64,000 nucleotides of DNA from an uncultured Acidobacteriota bacterium (GTDB lineage: Bacteria > Acidobacteriota > Thermoanaerobaculia > UBA5066 > DATFVB01), in NCBI GenBank assembly GCA_963813155.1, contig CAWEYG010000006.1, positions 164,902 through 228,901 of the forward strand, written 5' to 3'. Below the pieces are notes generated by a model. The model saw nothing but the letters and a program-made list of their open reading frames with translations, made no database searches and had not been told where the DNA came from. Shown here piece by piece: positions 36,988 through 47,692 of the stretch. Each line of letters begins with the position of its first letter. Position 1 is the first letter of the stretch. A program made the translations under genes and the position numbers.

Positions 36988-38018
36988 AATTCGTCGAGCG
37001 GCTCTTCCTGATCGCCGGGGCCGTTCTGTTCGTGTGGCTCCTTCATCGCATCGGGCTCGGTCCCATCGCGGACAATCTCGCGCGCATCGGCTGGGGCTTT
37101 CTGGTCCTCTTTGCGTTCCAGGGAGCGGTCCTCATTCTGGACACGCTCGGCTGGCGCTTCACGCTCCCGCGGGACGCGCGAACGGACGCTTTCGACGCGA
37201 TGTTCGGAATGCGGCTCGCCGGCGACGCGATCAATTACCTGACGCCGACGGCGGCGATGGGCGGCGAGTTCGTGCGCTACCGCCTTCTCTCCCGGACGCA
37301 CCCGCCGGCGGCGGCCGTCGGCTCGGTCGCGCTGCTCGTCCTCAACCAGTTCTTCTCGCAGGTGCTCTTCGTTCTCGCCGGAGCGCCGTTCGTCTACCTC
37401 GCGCTCGGCCACCGGTCGCTCCGGTGGGGCGGCGCGCTCGCCTCGCTCGCCGTTCTGCTTCTCCTGCTCCTGAGCGGGTTGCTCTACCTCGGAAAGCGCG
37501 GGGACGGCCTGCGGAGGCTGAGGGACTTCGTGCATCGGTTTGCCATGGGCCCTCTCCCCGCGGGAGAGGGCGGCCGAAGGCCGGTTGAGGGACCCTCGTC
37601 CGGGATCGGCCCGCCAGGGGCCGACCCCTGGCAGCAGATCGACGACAACGTTTTCGGCTCGTACCGGAAGCGGCGCGGCGACATGGCTCTCTCGATCCTC
37701 TGCTTCCTCCTCGCGTGGTCGCTCGGGATCGGGGAGTGCGCCGTGATCCTCTTCCTTCTCGGCGTGCCCGCGGCGTGGACGACGATCGTCGCGATCGAGG
37801 CGCTGTCCGTTCTCGTCGAAACGGCCCTCTTCTTCGTCCCGGGAAAGATCGGCACGCAGGAAGGGGGCAAGTACTTCATCTTCCTCTCGCTCGGCCTGAA
37901 CCCGGCGACCGGGTTCTCGTTCGGCCTCACGCGCCGCGTCCGCGAGCTCGCCTGGGCGCTCATCGGCCTCGTCGTGCTCGCGGTGATGCAGAGGGGCGGG
38001 GGAGAGGGGCGGGCGTAG
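36984..38018 (+). CDS. hpnL: HpnL-like / UPF0104 (lysylphosphatidylglycerol synthase TM) membrane protein
   Basis: INYLTP..GGE and FFVPGKIGTQEGG motifs; GAAGGAG ribosome-binding site; follows hpnI. Confidence 0.75.
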   Translation: MKFVERLFLIAGAVLFVWLLHRIGLGPIADNLARIGWGFLVLFAFQGAVLILDTLGWRFTLPRDARTDAFDAMFGMRLAGDAINYLTPTAAMGGEFVRYRLLSRTHPPAAAVGSVALLVLNQFFSQVLFVLAGAPFVYLALGHRSLRWGGALASLAVLLLLLLSGLLYLGKRGDGLRRLRDFVHRFAMGPLPAGEGGRRPVEGPSSGIGPPGADPWQQIDDNVFGSYRKRRGDMALSILCFLLAWSLGIGECAVILFLLGVPAAWTTIVAIEALSVLVETALFFVPGKIGTQEGGKYFIFLSLGLNPATGFSFGLTRRVRELAWALIGLVVLAVMQRGGGEGRA

Positions 38019-38214
38019 GTCGCGGAGTTATTCGTTTATGTCGATAGGTCAATGTCCCCTTTTTGTCCGGCCCGCGATAAGTACCGTTGGAGACAGCTCT
38101 TGAGTTATTCTTTTCCGGTCGATTCATCAGAGAAGTCACAACTCGAGGGCAACAGAATTGTCGCGCGCCCGGTTCGGTCGGCGAGGGCTCGCGAGGTGAG
38201 GACAGGTTGAACGA

Positions 38215-40101
38215 TTGATCGGGACATTTTCGAAAAGAGTCAGCATTGCAGCGGTGGCTGCTCTGGCGCTCGCGTTGGGAAGCGCCAAGGCGAGCACGTA
38301 CACGGTGCTGCACACGTTCTCGGGTGGAACGTCAGATGGTGCCAAGTCCTTCGCTCCACTGGTGCTCGACGACTCCGGATTCCTGTATGGAACAACCATC
38401 AGCGGAGGTGCAAGCAACGCAGGAACGGTATTCAAGATGAAGAGTGACGGGAGCCAGTATTCGGTCTTGCACTCCTTCGCCAATTCCACTTCCGACGGGG
38501 GACTATGGTCTTGGGTGATCCTGGACAAGTCCGGGAATATTTTCGGGACCTCGATTCAGGGAGGAGCGCAAGGACTCGGCACCGTTTTCACGATGAAGTC
38601 TGACGGCAGCGCTTATTCGATTCTCCACTCATTTTCTGGTGGATCAACCGACGGCCAGTACCCCACTGCCCCCCTGGTTTGGGACGGTTCGGGCGCACTC
38701 TTCGGTACGACATGGGGTGGAGGAACGGGCGGCGTCGGAACGGTCTTTAGGATAGGTATTGCGGGGGATGGCTTCACGATCCTTCATTCGTTCACGGGTG
38801 CAGATGGTGAACAGTCTCGGGCTGCGGTGGTCCTCGATGGCCAAGGATATCTCTATGGTACGACGACGAACGGCGGTTTTGGGGGACCGAACGTCTATGG
38901 AAACGTGTTCAAAATGAGAACTGATGGAACGGCTTTCTCGATTCTCCATTCGTTTTCTGGCGGAGAAGTTCCGGATGGCCTCAGCCCAGGTCCTCTGATG
39001 CTTGATTCCAACGGAACGCTTTTTGGCATAAGCGGAGGAGCATCAACTACCGGTACCGGGTTCGGCGGAACCGTCTTTTCGATCACAACGGCGGGCTTGG
39101 GGTTCGTGGTCTTGCATTCGTTCTATACGAGTACGGGGGAAGGTGCCCTGCCGACGGGTGTCGTCGGCGATGGCTTCGGGAAATTGTACGGAACCTGCCA
39201 GGACTTTGGCTCAGGAGGATGGGGGACCGTGTTCAGCATGACTACCTTCGGAGACGAGGTCTCTGTTCTTCACACATTTCTCGGTCCTCCGTCGGACGGC
39301 GGGCAGCCCAAGGCACAAATGATCACAGATGGCAGCGGAAACCTCTATGGCACGACCGGGTTCGGGGGCCAGGACGACTTCGGTACTGTGTTCAAAATTA
39401 GCGGCGCGATAGAGCCAGGCGGTCCGCTCGCGGCGCCGGTAATCACCTCGCCTACCGCTAATCTGGTCTCATCGACCACTCGAGTATCGCTAAAGTGGAA
39501 CTCCGTCGCAGCAGCGGGCGGATACGGCCTTGCGGTGATCGATGACACCGACGGATTCGTCGCATATGAGGGAACCTCGACGAGTTCGACATCGGTTCTC
39601 GTTGATCTTCCAGTTGGCGGTTACACCTTCGGCGTGCGCGCCTGCTCCGGGGGCTTCTCAGACGCGAACTGCGGTCCGTTTGCGACGGTCGATTTCACGG
39701 TTAATGTTCTTCCGCCGACGACTTCCACGACGAAGTTCTACACGCTGACGCCCTGCCGTGTCGCGGACACGCGCAACGCCGCGGGGCCTTACGGCGGCCC
39801 GGCGCTTCAGGCGGGAATCGCTCGCGTCTTCAAGCTGACGGGCCAATGCGGGATACCGACGGGAGCGAAGGCCGCATCCGGCAACGTCACGGTCGTGACG
39901 CCGACCGATCCGGGCGAGCTCAAGCTCAACCCCACCGGCGCCGACCCGCAGGTCGCGTCGGCGATCAGCTTCCCCGCGGGCCGGGTTCTCGCGAACAACG
40001 CGATGGTGTTCCTTGGCACCGACGGCGCAATGAGCGTCTTCGATGCGCAGGACACGGGCTCCACGCACTTCATCATCGATGTGAATGGGTATTTCAAGTA
40101 A
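38215..40101 (+). CDS. Secreted GloVer-repeat beta-propeller protein (7 repeats) with Fn3-like domain and PCRxxDTR C-terminal domain
   Basis: Signal peptide, repeated LHSF..DG..P...L..D..G.LYGTT..GG...GTVF units, C-terminus FIIDVNGYFK. Confidence 0.85.
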   Translation: MIGTFSKRVSIAAVAALALALGSAKASTYTVLHTFSGGTSDGAKSFAPLVLDDSGFLYGTTISGGASNAGTVFKMKSDGSQYSVLHSFANSTSDGGLWSWVILDKSGNIFGTSIQGGAQGLGTVFTMKSDGSAYSILHSFSGGSTDGQYPTAPLVWDGSGALFGTTWGGGTGGVGTVFRIGIAGDGFTILHSFTGADGEQSRAAVVLDGQGYLYGTTTNGGFGGPNVYGNVFKMRTDGTAFSILHSFSGGEVPDGLSPGPLMLDSNGTLFGISGGASTTGTGFGGTVFSITTAGLGFVVLHSFYTSTGEGALPTGVVGDGFGKLYGTCQDFGSGGWGTVFSMTTFGDEVSVLHTFLGPPSDGGQPKAQMITDGSGNLYGTTGFGGQDDFGTVFKISGAIEPGGPLAAPVITSPTANLVSSTTRVSLKWNSVAAAGGYGLAVIDDTDGFVAYEGTSTSSTSVLVDLPVGGYTFGVRACSGGFSDANCGPFATVDFTVNVLPPTTSTTKFYTLTPCRVADTRNAAGPYGGPALQAGIARVFKLTGQCGIPTGAKAASGNVTVVTPTDPGELKLNPTGADPQVASAISFPAGRVLANNAMVFLGTDGAMSVFDAQDTGSTHFIIDVNGYFK

Positions 40102-43053
40102 GCGCGCGCTGGTCCTGGCGGCCGTCGCACTGGCGCTCGGGGCCGGGCGGGCGGCCGCGAGCACGTACACGGTGCTGCACAGCTTTCAGCAGCCGGCTTC
40201 CTCGCCTCTTGCGGCCGTGACCGATGGCAAAGGAGTCTTGTTCGGCACGACGGCCCGGGGAGGCGTTTATTTCGGAGGAACCGTCTTCAGGGTTCAGTCC
40301 GACGGGAGCGGGTTCGCCGTTCTCCATTCCTTTTCCATGAGCGAAGGCGGGCCTCCCGTCTCGTCCTTACTCCTCGACTCTTCCGGGGAGCTTTACGGCG
40401 TCACGGGCGGATCCTCGACGGATACCACGAGGGTCAATGGAATCCTCTTCAGGATTCGAACAGACGGCTCCGGATTTTCGGTCTTGCACTCCTTTTCGGG
40501 CGGCTCGAGCGATGGTGCACAGCCCTTCGGCGCGGTCGTTTCCGATGGCGCCGGAAATCTATACGGAACCACCGTTCTTGGCGGGACGGCGGGTTCCGGG
40601 ACGGTTTATCGAGCGAAGAGTGACGGGAGCTCGTTCTCGATTCTTCACTCCTTTGCCGGGGGAGCAGCGGACGGGGCGTCTCTCAATCCGCCGTCACGCT
40701 CGACGCCGCGGGATTTCTCTATGGCACGACCTACAGCGGCGGTTCTTCGGGTTCGGGGGCCGTGTACAAGCTCAAGACGGACGGAACCCTGTATTCGGTC
40801 TTGCGCTTCTTTGGAGCCACGACGAACGAGGGGACGAACCCCATTGCGGGCGTGATTCCGGACGGGTTGGGCCGGCTCTACGGGGTCACCTATGCTGGCG
40901 GTTCGGCGAATTCCGGGTCGATCTTTTCGATCAAGGTCGACGGAACCGGTTTCGAGGCCCTGCACGACTTTACGGGCATCTCTGACGACGGTTCATATCC
41001 GAACGCGGCCCTCGTCCTTGGTCCGGGCGGCCGACTCTACGGCGCAACTTCCCGAGGGGGCACGAACGGTTTTGGAACGGTTTTTAGGATCGACACCGGG
41101 GGAACAGGGTTTCTGTCACTGCGCTCATTTGCCGGCTTGCCCGATGGCGCGTATCCAACTCTGGCTGGGTTGATCGTCGATTCCTCGGGTGTCCTGTACG
41201 GGGCAACCTGGGAGGGCGGCGGCCGCCAGAACATGGGCACGCTCTTCAGCCTGCAGGCGGATGGATCCGGATTCGAGACGTTTTATGCTTTCCACTATAC
41301 CGAGGGGATCTCGCCGGTTTCGTCACTTCTCGCCGATGGATCGCAAAACCTCTACGGAACGACCGAACAGGGCGGCCTGGACAACCTCGGGACTGTATTC
41401 GAGCTCAGGCGGGACGGCAGCGGATTCTCCACCCTGCACGACTTCTCCGAGCCCAATGGCGATGGGGCGTTTCCCGACGCTCCTGTCATTTTCGACGGCG
41501 ACGGCAACTTGTTCGGGACGACGAGCACCACCTACGGCTCCGGACCGGGCGCGGTCTTCCGGCTTCTTCCCGGCGCGGGGTATTCTCTCCTGCACACTTT
41601 CGGTTCGTCGCCCGACGGCGGCAGGCCACTCGCGGCTCTTGCCCTCGTGAGTCCCAGTACCTTGGTGGGCACGGCTTCGAACGGGGGACAGTTCGCGGAG
41701 GGAACGATTTTCGCGCTCAAGACCGACGGGACCTCTTTTCAGGTCCTTCATGACTTCGCTGTTTCCGACGGGGTCGCCCCTTCAGCATCGGTGGTGTCGA
41801 ATATTCAGCAGCAATTGTTTGGCACGACCGCAGGAGGGGGAGCTTCGGGGCAGGGAACGATCTATACGATTGGGACGACCGGGACTGGGTTTTCAGTCCT
41901 TCATTCATTCGTCGGCGGATCGAATGACGGAGCCCAGCCGCTCTCCGCGGTGGTGATCGACGCCTTTGGATTCTTGTACGGGACAACCTCCGCCGGCGGG
42001 CCGGCGAATCGCGGCGTGGTTTTCCGAATGAAAACGGACGGATCGATGTTTTCGGTTCTTCACGGTTTCGCGGGTGGGATGACGGACGGCGATGATCCGC
42101 CATCCTCTCTGACTCTCGACGGATCTGGGAACCTGTACGGGACGACCTATCGAGGCGGGGTCTCCAACGCCGGCGTGATTTTCCGAATGAAGACCGATGG
42201 GGGCGGGTTCACGCTGTTGCATTCTTTCGCGGGCTTCCCTCAGGATGGCGGCTATCCCACGGCGGCCTTGATCCTGGACGAGTACGGCAACCTCTATGGG
42301 ACAACGTCCGGCGGTGGCGCTGGAAGCGGGGGCATTGTGTTCAAGCTCGGTGAGGCGAACGGCGGCGGCGCTTCGCTTGCGGCTCCCGTGATCACCGCCC
42401 CGGCGCAGGGTCAGGTCCTTGCGTCGAGTCGGGTCGTATTCAAGTGGGGGATCGTGAACCAGGCTGCGGACTACCAGTTCCTAGTCGTTGACGATTCAGA
42501 CGGCAGCACGATTTACTCAGGTAGCAACACTGACGGATCGACAACCGCCACGATCGACTTGCCCAACGGCGGCCTGACGTTCGGTGTCCGCGCCTGCTCA
42601 GGCGGTTTCGCAGATGCGAACTGCGGCCCGTTCGCGACCGTCGATTTCACGGTCAACGTTCTTCCTCCGACGACTTCCACCACGAAGTTCTACACGCTGA
42701 CGCCCTGCCGCGTCGCGGACACGCGCAATGCCGCTGGACCGTATGGCGGCCCGGCCCTTCAGGCGGGCGTCTCGAGAGTCTTCAAGCTGACGGGGCAATG
42801 CGGCATACCGACGGGAGTGAAGGCCGCCTCCGTCAACATCACGGTCGTCACGCCGACGGACCCGGGCGAGCTCAAGCTCAACCCGACAGGCGCCGATCCA
42901 CAGGTTGCGTCGGCGATCAGCTTTCCCGCGGGACGGGTTCTCGCGAACAACGCGATGGTGTTTCTGGGCACCGACGGCGCGATGTCGGTCTTCGACGCAC
43001 AGGACACGGGCTCGACGCACTTCATCATCGATGTGAATGGGTATTTCAAGTAA
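40085..43053 (+). CDS. Secreted GloVer-repeat protein (14 repeats) with the same C-terminal domains; frameshift near 40680
   Basis: ORFs 40085..40855 and 40762..43053 join into one gene colinear with the third paralog. Confidence 0.85.
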
Positions 43054-45994
43054 GCGCGCGCTGGTCCTGGCGGCTGTTGCGCTGGTGCTTGCGGGCGGGC
43101 ATGCATGGGGAGTCGCGTACACGGTACTTCATAACCTTCCGCCCCCGGCTGGCGCTCTTCCTCAGGCAGGGCTGGTAGCAGATGGCACTGGGAATCTTTT
43201 CGGTACAACAGATTTTGGTTTCGGCACGATTTTTAGGATTCGGACTGATGGAACCGGGTTCGTCACGATTCACTCGTTCACGGCGAGCGACGGCGATGGG
43301 CCAATCCCTTCACTGATTGTTGGTCCCTCTGGAAGTCTTTATGGAGTCACGGCAGGTGCCGACAGCAACCCTCCAAACTTGAATGGAAGAGTGTTTCGGA
43401 TTCGGACGGATGGCTCGGGTTTCTCGATCCTCCACTCCTTCTCCGGCGGGCCAAATGACGGCGCGTCACCCTGGAGCTCGCTCACTTGGGACGGCGCTGG
43501 TTATCTCTACGGGACCACGGTGTTGGGCGGTTCGGCGGGCTCGGGGACGGTATATCGCATGAAGGTTGATGGCAGTTCGTTTGCGGTCCTGCATTCTTTC
43601 CGGGGTGGGGCAGATGGAATGACACCTTACTCTCCGATCGCCCTCGACGGTGTGGGAAATCTATACGGCACCACCTACGGCGGTGGCTCCTTGGGTCTGG
43701 GCACAGTCTTCAAGATCAGGATAGACGGAACCGGTTTCTCGGTTCTGCGCTTCCTTGGCGCTACCTCAAGTGAAGGCACTCAGCCCATGGCGGGCGTGAT
43801 TCTGGACGGGGCGGGTCGGCTTTTCGGCACCACTTACACCGGAGGGGCATTCAAGTACGGGACGATCTTTTCGATGAAGGTCGACGGAAGCGCATTCGCT
43901 GCGTTACACGATTTCAGCGGCCTCTCGGGCGACGGCGAAATGCCCAACACGCCGCTCGTTCTGTATCCGGACGGGAATCTCTATGGGACCACGTTTTCGG
44001 GTGGTACGAGCGGATTTGGGACAGTTTTCCGGGTGAGTACCTCGGGGGACGCCTTTCGGTCGCTGCACTCATTCGCTGGAGGGCCTTTGGAGGGTGCCAA
44101 TCCATTCCTCTGTTCGTTGATTGCCGACTCGTCGGGAACGCTGTACGGCACTACTTGGGAGGGCGGTTCCTCGGGCTTTGGCACCGTCTTTCGTATGGGA
44201 CTCGATGGAGCCAGTTTCGCTGTCCTATTCTCATTTCAGCAGGCTTGGGGAATTCAGCCCGTTTCGCCGTTGTCGGCCGATGAGTCGGGAAGCCTATACG
44301 GCACCACCGCCAGAGGCGGACCGTCCGACCTCGGGACGGTTTTCAGGGTCGGACAGGATGGCAACGGATTTTCTACACTTCACGTCTTTTCGGATAGCGT
44401 TTCCGAGGGCGCCTTTCCTGACGGTTCCGTGATCACTGATGGCTCAACCAACTTGTTTGGTGTCACATCTTCTGGAGGCGAGTTTGGTTATGGCTCGATC
44501 TTCGGGCTCCACTCGAATGGTGCGGGCTTTTCTCTTCTGCATTCGTTTAACTATTCGGTTGACGGTGCCACACCCCTGGGCGCTCTTACATTGGTAAACA
44601 CCGGTACCCTCGTCGGTATCACGCAAAGCGGGCCGCTGGGAGGAGCGGTATTCTCGATCAAAATGGACGGGAGCGCCTTTAGCGTGATTCATTCCTTCAG
44701 CGGTTCAGACGGGAGCAGCCCGAACTCAGCCATCGTTCCCGGCGGCAGTGGGGCGCTCTTTGGCACGACGGAAAGCGGAGGGGTCGCCAGCGGCGGAACG
44801 GTCTACAAGATTGGAGTTGATGGAAACGGCTTTGCCGTGCTTCATTCTTTCGCCAGCGGTGCAGGGGACGGAGTTTCTCCACTCGCTGTGGCGGTGGACC
44901 ACAACCTGGGCTACCTATATGGCACGACTTCGGGAGGAGGTACAAGCGGGCTCGGCGTCGTCTTTCGGATGAAAGCTGATGGAACAGAGTACTCGGTCAT
45001 TCACTCCTTCTCGGGTGGCCCTGCCGATGGGGATAGGCCTGAAGGCTCGGTGGCAATCGATCCGTCCGGAAACCTCTATGGAGCAACTCTTTTCGGGGGA
45101 GCCTATGGCCTGGGTGTAATTTATCGACTGAAGACCAATGGCAATGGATTTACCCTTCTCCACTCTTTTGCTGGGGGACCCTCGGATGGCGAGACTCCCG
45201 AGGGATCTCTCATTCTAGACGTGAACGACAACCTTTACGGAACGACGGGCTCCGGTGGAACCGGAGGCGGGGGCGTTATCTTCAAACTCAGCGAGGCGAA
45301 TGGAGGGGGGGCGTCGCTTTCCGCGCCGATCATCACGTCGCCTATGCAAGGTCAGGCCCTCGGCTCGAGCCGCGTCGTGTTCAGTTGGGGAATCGTGAAC
45401 GGAGCGGCCGACTACCAGTTCCTGGTCGTTGACGATTCGGACGGCAGCACGATTTACTCAGGTAGCAACACTGACGGATCGACAACCGCAACGATCGACT
45501 TGCCCAACGGCGGTCTGACGTTCGGGGTCCGAGCCTGTTCCGGGGGCTTCGCCGACGCGAACTGCGGTCCCTTTGCGACCGTCGATTTTACGGTCAACGT
45601 GCTGCCGCCGACGACTTCCACCACGAAGTTCTACACGTTGACTCCGTGCCGGGTCGCGGACACGCGCAACGCCGCTGGACCGTATGGCGGGCCGGCGCTT
45701 CAGGCCGGGATCTCCCGCGTCTTCAAGCTGACGGGGCAGTGCGGAATACCAACAGGATCGAAGGCCGCCTCCGTGAACATCACGGTGGTGACGCCGACGG
45801 ATCCGGGCGAACTGAAGCTCAACCCGACGGGCGCCGACCCGCAGATTGCTTCGGCGATCAGCTTCCCAGCGGGGCGCGTCCTCGCGAACAACGCGATGGT
45901 GTTCCTGGGCACGGACGGCGCGATGAGCGTCTTCGACGCGCAGGACACCGGCACGACGCACTTCATCATCGACGTGAATGGGTATTTCAAGTAA
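43037..45994 (+). CDS. Secreted GloVer-repeat protein (14 repeats) with the same C-terminal domains
   Basis: Intact 985-aa ORF with signal peptide and 14 LHSF-type units. Confidence 0.88.
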   Translation: MGISSKRALVLAAVALVLAGGHAWGVAYTVLHNLPPPAGALPQAGLVADGTGNLFGTTDFGFGTIFRIRTDGTGFVTIHSFTASDGDGPIPSLIVGPSGSLYGVTAGADSNPPNLNGRVFRIRTDGSGFSILHSFSGGPNDGASPWSSLTWDGAGYLYGTTVLGGSAGSGTVYRMKVDGSSFAVLHSFRGGADGMTPYSPIALDGVGNLYGTTYGGGSLGLGTVFKIRIDGTGFSVLRFLGATSSEGTQPMAGVILDGAGRLFGTTYTGGAFKYGTIFSMKVDGSAFAALHDFSGLSGDGEMPNTPLVLYPDGNLYGTTFSGGTSGFGTVFRVSTSGDAFRSLHSFAGGPLEGANPFLCSLIADSSGTLYGTTWEGGSSGFGTVFRMGLDGASFAVLFSFQQAWGIQPVSPLSADESGSLYGTTARGGPSDLGTVFRVGQDGNGFSTLHVFSDSVSEGAFPDGSVITDGSTNLFGVTSSGGEFGYGSIFGLHSNGAGFSLLHSFNYSVDGATPLGALTLVNTGTLVGITQSGPLGGAVFSIKMDGSAFSVIHSFSGSDGSSPNSAIVPGGSGALFGTTESGGVASGGTVYKIGVDGNGFAVLHSFASGAGDGVSPLAVAVDHNLGYLYGTTSGGGTSGLGVVFRMKADGTEYSVIHSFSGGPADGDRPEGSVAIDPSGNLYGATLFGGAYGLGVIYRLKTNGNGFTLLHSFAGGPSDGETPEGSLILDVNDNLYGTTGSGGTGGGGVIFKLSEANGGGASLSAPIITSPMQGQALGSSRVVFSWGIVNGAADYQFLVVDDSDGSTIYSGSNTDGSTTATIDLPNGGLTFGVRACSGGFADANCGPFATVDFTVNVLPPTTSTTKFYTLTPCRVADTRNAAGPYGGPALQAGISRVFKLTGQCGIPTGSKAASVNITVVTPTDPGELKLNPTGADPQIASAISFPAGRVLANNAMVFLGTDGAMSVFDAQDTGTTHFIIDVNGYFK

Positions 45995-45998
45995 CTAT

Positions 45999-46027
45999 AA
46001 AAAAACCCCGGATCGCTCCGGGGTTTG
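45999..46027. terminator. Intrinsic terminator between convergent genes
   Basis: aaaccccgga-tcgc-tccggggttt stem-loop with a flanking A7 tract (U tail on the minus strand). Confidence 0.8.
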
Positions 46028-46063
46028 GGGGTCTTGTGAATCCGGGAGAGTTGGTTAGCCGGA

Positions 46064-46402
46064 TTACTTCTTCATCGAGATGCTGGAAACCTTGATCGTG
46101 TCGCCCGTCATCTCGCCCTTGAGCGTGACGTGGTGGCCGGCGTGTTCCGCGAGCCCGGCGTAGTCCTGGTTGTCGATGTTGTAGACCTTGCCGCCGCTGG
46201 CGAAGACGTACTTCGCGCCTTCCTTGATGCACGCCTCAGTGCATTCGCGGTCGGTCATCTTTTTCCCCGCGTGCTCGATCGCCGACTTGTGCGAGGCGCC
46301 GCACATGCTGTCGCTGATAGTTCCCTTCCAGGACTGTTCCGCGCCGTAGGAAATCGCCGCGCCGAAGAGGACCGCCAGTGCCGTTCCGAGAAGCTTTTTC
46401 AT
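46064..46402 (-). CDS. Small secreted Cys/His-containing beta protein (acidobacterial DUF5818-like)
   Basis: AGGAG ribosome-binding site, signal peptide, GTISDSMCG..H...CTEAC..G.KY and AG..VT.KG pattern. Confidence 0.75.
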   Translation of the reverse strand: MKKLLGTALAVLFGAAISYGAEQSWKGTISDSMCGASHKSAIEHAGKKMTDRECTEACIKEGAKYVFASGGKVYNIDNQDYAGLAEHAGHHVTLKGEMTGDTIKVSSISMKK

Positions 46403-46514
46403 GGGTTCTCCTTTCGTCTTGTTAGACGAGTCAAAAGATGCAAATTTCGAGCCATTCAAGGGGGTTTTCGCTCAGCCCGACTCGCGGGCCTGTCCTCGCG
46501 GAGACTGCTCGGCC

Positions 46515-46625
46515 GGCGATGGGTCCTGTCATGCGCGATCCTCGGCCCCGCTTTTCCGCTCGCTGGCGATATGTGGACTTACTGCGTGACGACTCCGCGC
46601 CGCGAGCGGCAAACGGGGGTCTCCT
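46515..46625. repeat. Degenerate copy of family B element
   Basis: acgactccgcgccgcgagcggcaa is shared with about 62058-62081 and, as reverse complement, with about 17131-17154. Confidence 0.65.
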
Positions 46626-46714
46626 CCACATGCCACTCCTCTCGGCCGTCGCGACGCCGCGTCGAATCCGACGGACCCGGGGCCTGGCCGCGCCGGTGCG
46701 GCGAGCGAGCCCTT

Positions 46715-47692
46715 TCAGGCGCTCTTGGCGGGGTATGTCTGGAGCAAGGCCTTGAGCTCCGTCGGCAGCGCGAAATTCACGTCTTCCTTGACGGTCTCGA
46801 ATTCTTCGACGGTCCGGATGCCGAACTCGCCCTGGCACCGGTCGATGACTTCGCGGACGAGGACTTCCGGCGCGGAGGCGCTCGCGGTCAGGCCGAGCAC
46901 GCGGACTCCCGCGAGCCACTCCGGCCGGATGTCGCGCGCCCGCTCGATCAGGTGGGCCGACACGTTGTGGGACTGCGCGACCTCGCAGAGGCGCAGGGAG
47001 TTGGAGCTGTTCGGCGCCCCCAGGACGAGCAGCGCGTCGATGTGCGGCGCCATGGCCCGGACGGCATCCTGGCGATTCTGCGTCGCGTAGCAGATATCGG
47101 CCTTCGGGGGGCTGATCATCTTCGGAAAGCGGCGCTTCAGGATCGCGACGATCTCTCGCGTGTCGTCGAGAGAGAGCGTCGTCTGCGTGAGGTAGGCGAC
47201 GCGCTCCGGATCGTCGACCTGGACCGACTCGGCGCCCTCGGCCGTTTCGACGAGGCGGATCGCGCCGGGCGCTTCTCCGAGGGTGCCGATCGTTTCGTCG
47301 TGGTCTTCGTGCCCGATGAAGAGGATCGTGTAGCCGAGCTTCGCGTAGTGCAGGGCCTCAAGGTGGACCTTCGTGACGAGCGGGCAGGTGGCGTCGATCG
47401 TGCGAAGGGCCTTGTCCCGGGCGGATTGCCGAACCTCCGGGGAAATGCCGTGGGCGGAGTAGATCAGCCACGAGCCGTCGGGGACTTCCGAGACATCTTC
47501 GACGAAACGGGCTCCCTTTTCGCGCAGCTCGTCGACGACGTAGCGGTTGTGGATGATCTCCTTGCGCACGTAAACCGGGCCGTCGCAGACTTCGAGGGCT
47601 TTTTCGACGACGTCGATCGCGCGCACCACGCCCGCGCAGAAGCCGCGCAGTCCCGCGATCAGCAGTTTCTCGACCTGCGGGGAGTCGCTCAC
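46715..47692 (-). CDS. ispH: 4-hydroxy-3-methylbut-2-enyl diphosphate reductase
   Basis: RGFCAGV, IIHN, SAHG, DATCPLV, QTTLS, ICYATQNRQ and NSSNS motifs. Confidence 0.97.
   Translation of the reverse strand: MSDSPQVEKLLIAGLRGFCAGVVRAIDVVEKALEVCDGPVYVRKEIIHNRYVVDELREKGARFVEDVSEVPDGSWLIYSAHGISPEVRQSARDKALRTIDATCPLVTKVHLEALHYAKLGYTILFIGHEDHDETIGTLGEAPGAIRLVETAEGAESVQVDDPERVAYLTQTTLSLDDTREIVAILKRRFPKMISPPKADICYATQNRQDAVRAMAPHIDALLVLGAPNSSNSLRLCEVAQSHNVSAHLIERARDIRPEWLAGVRVLGLTASASAPEVLVREVIDRCQGEFGIRTVEEFETVKEDVNFALPTELKALLQTYPAKSA

Noticed and set aside
38215-45994. Diversity-generating retroelement acting on the repeated C-termini
   Set aside because: No reverse transcriptase is present. Differences between copies are mostly synonymous and not adenine-specific.
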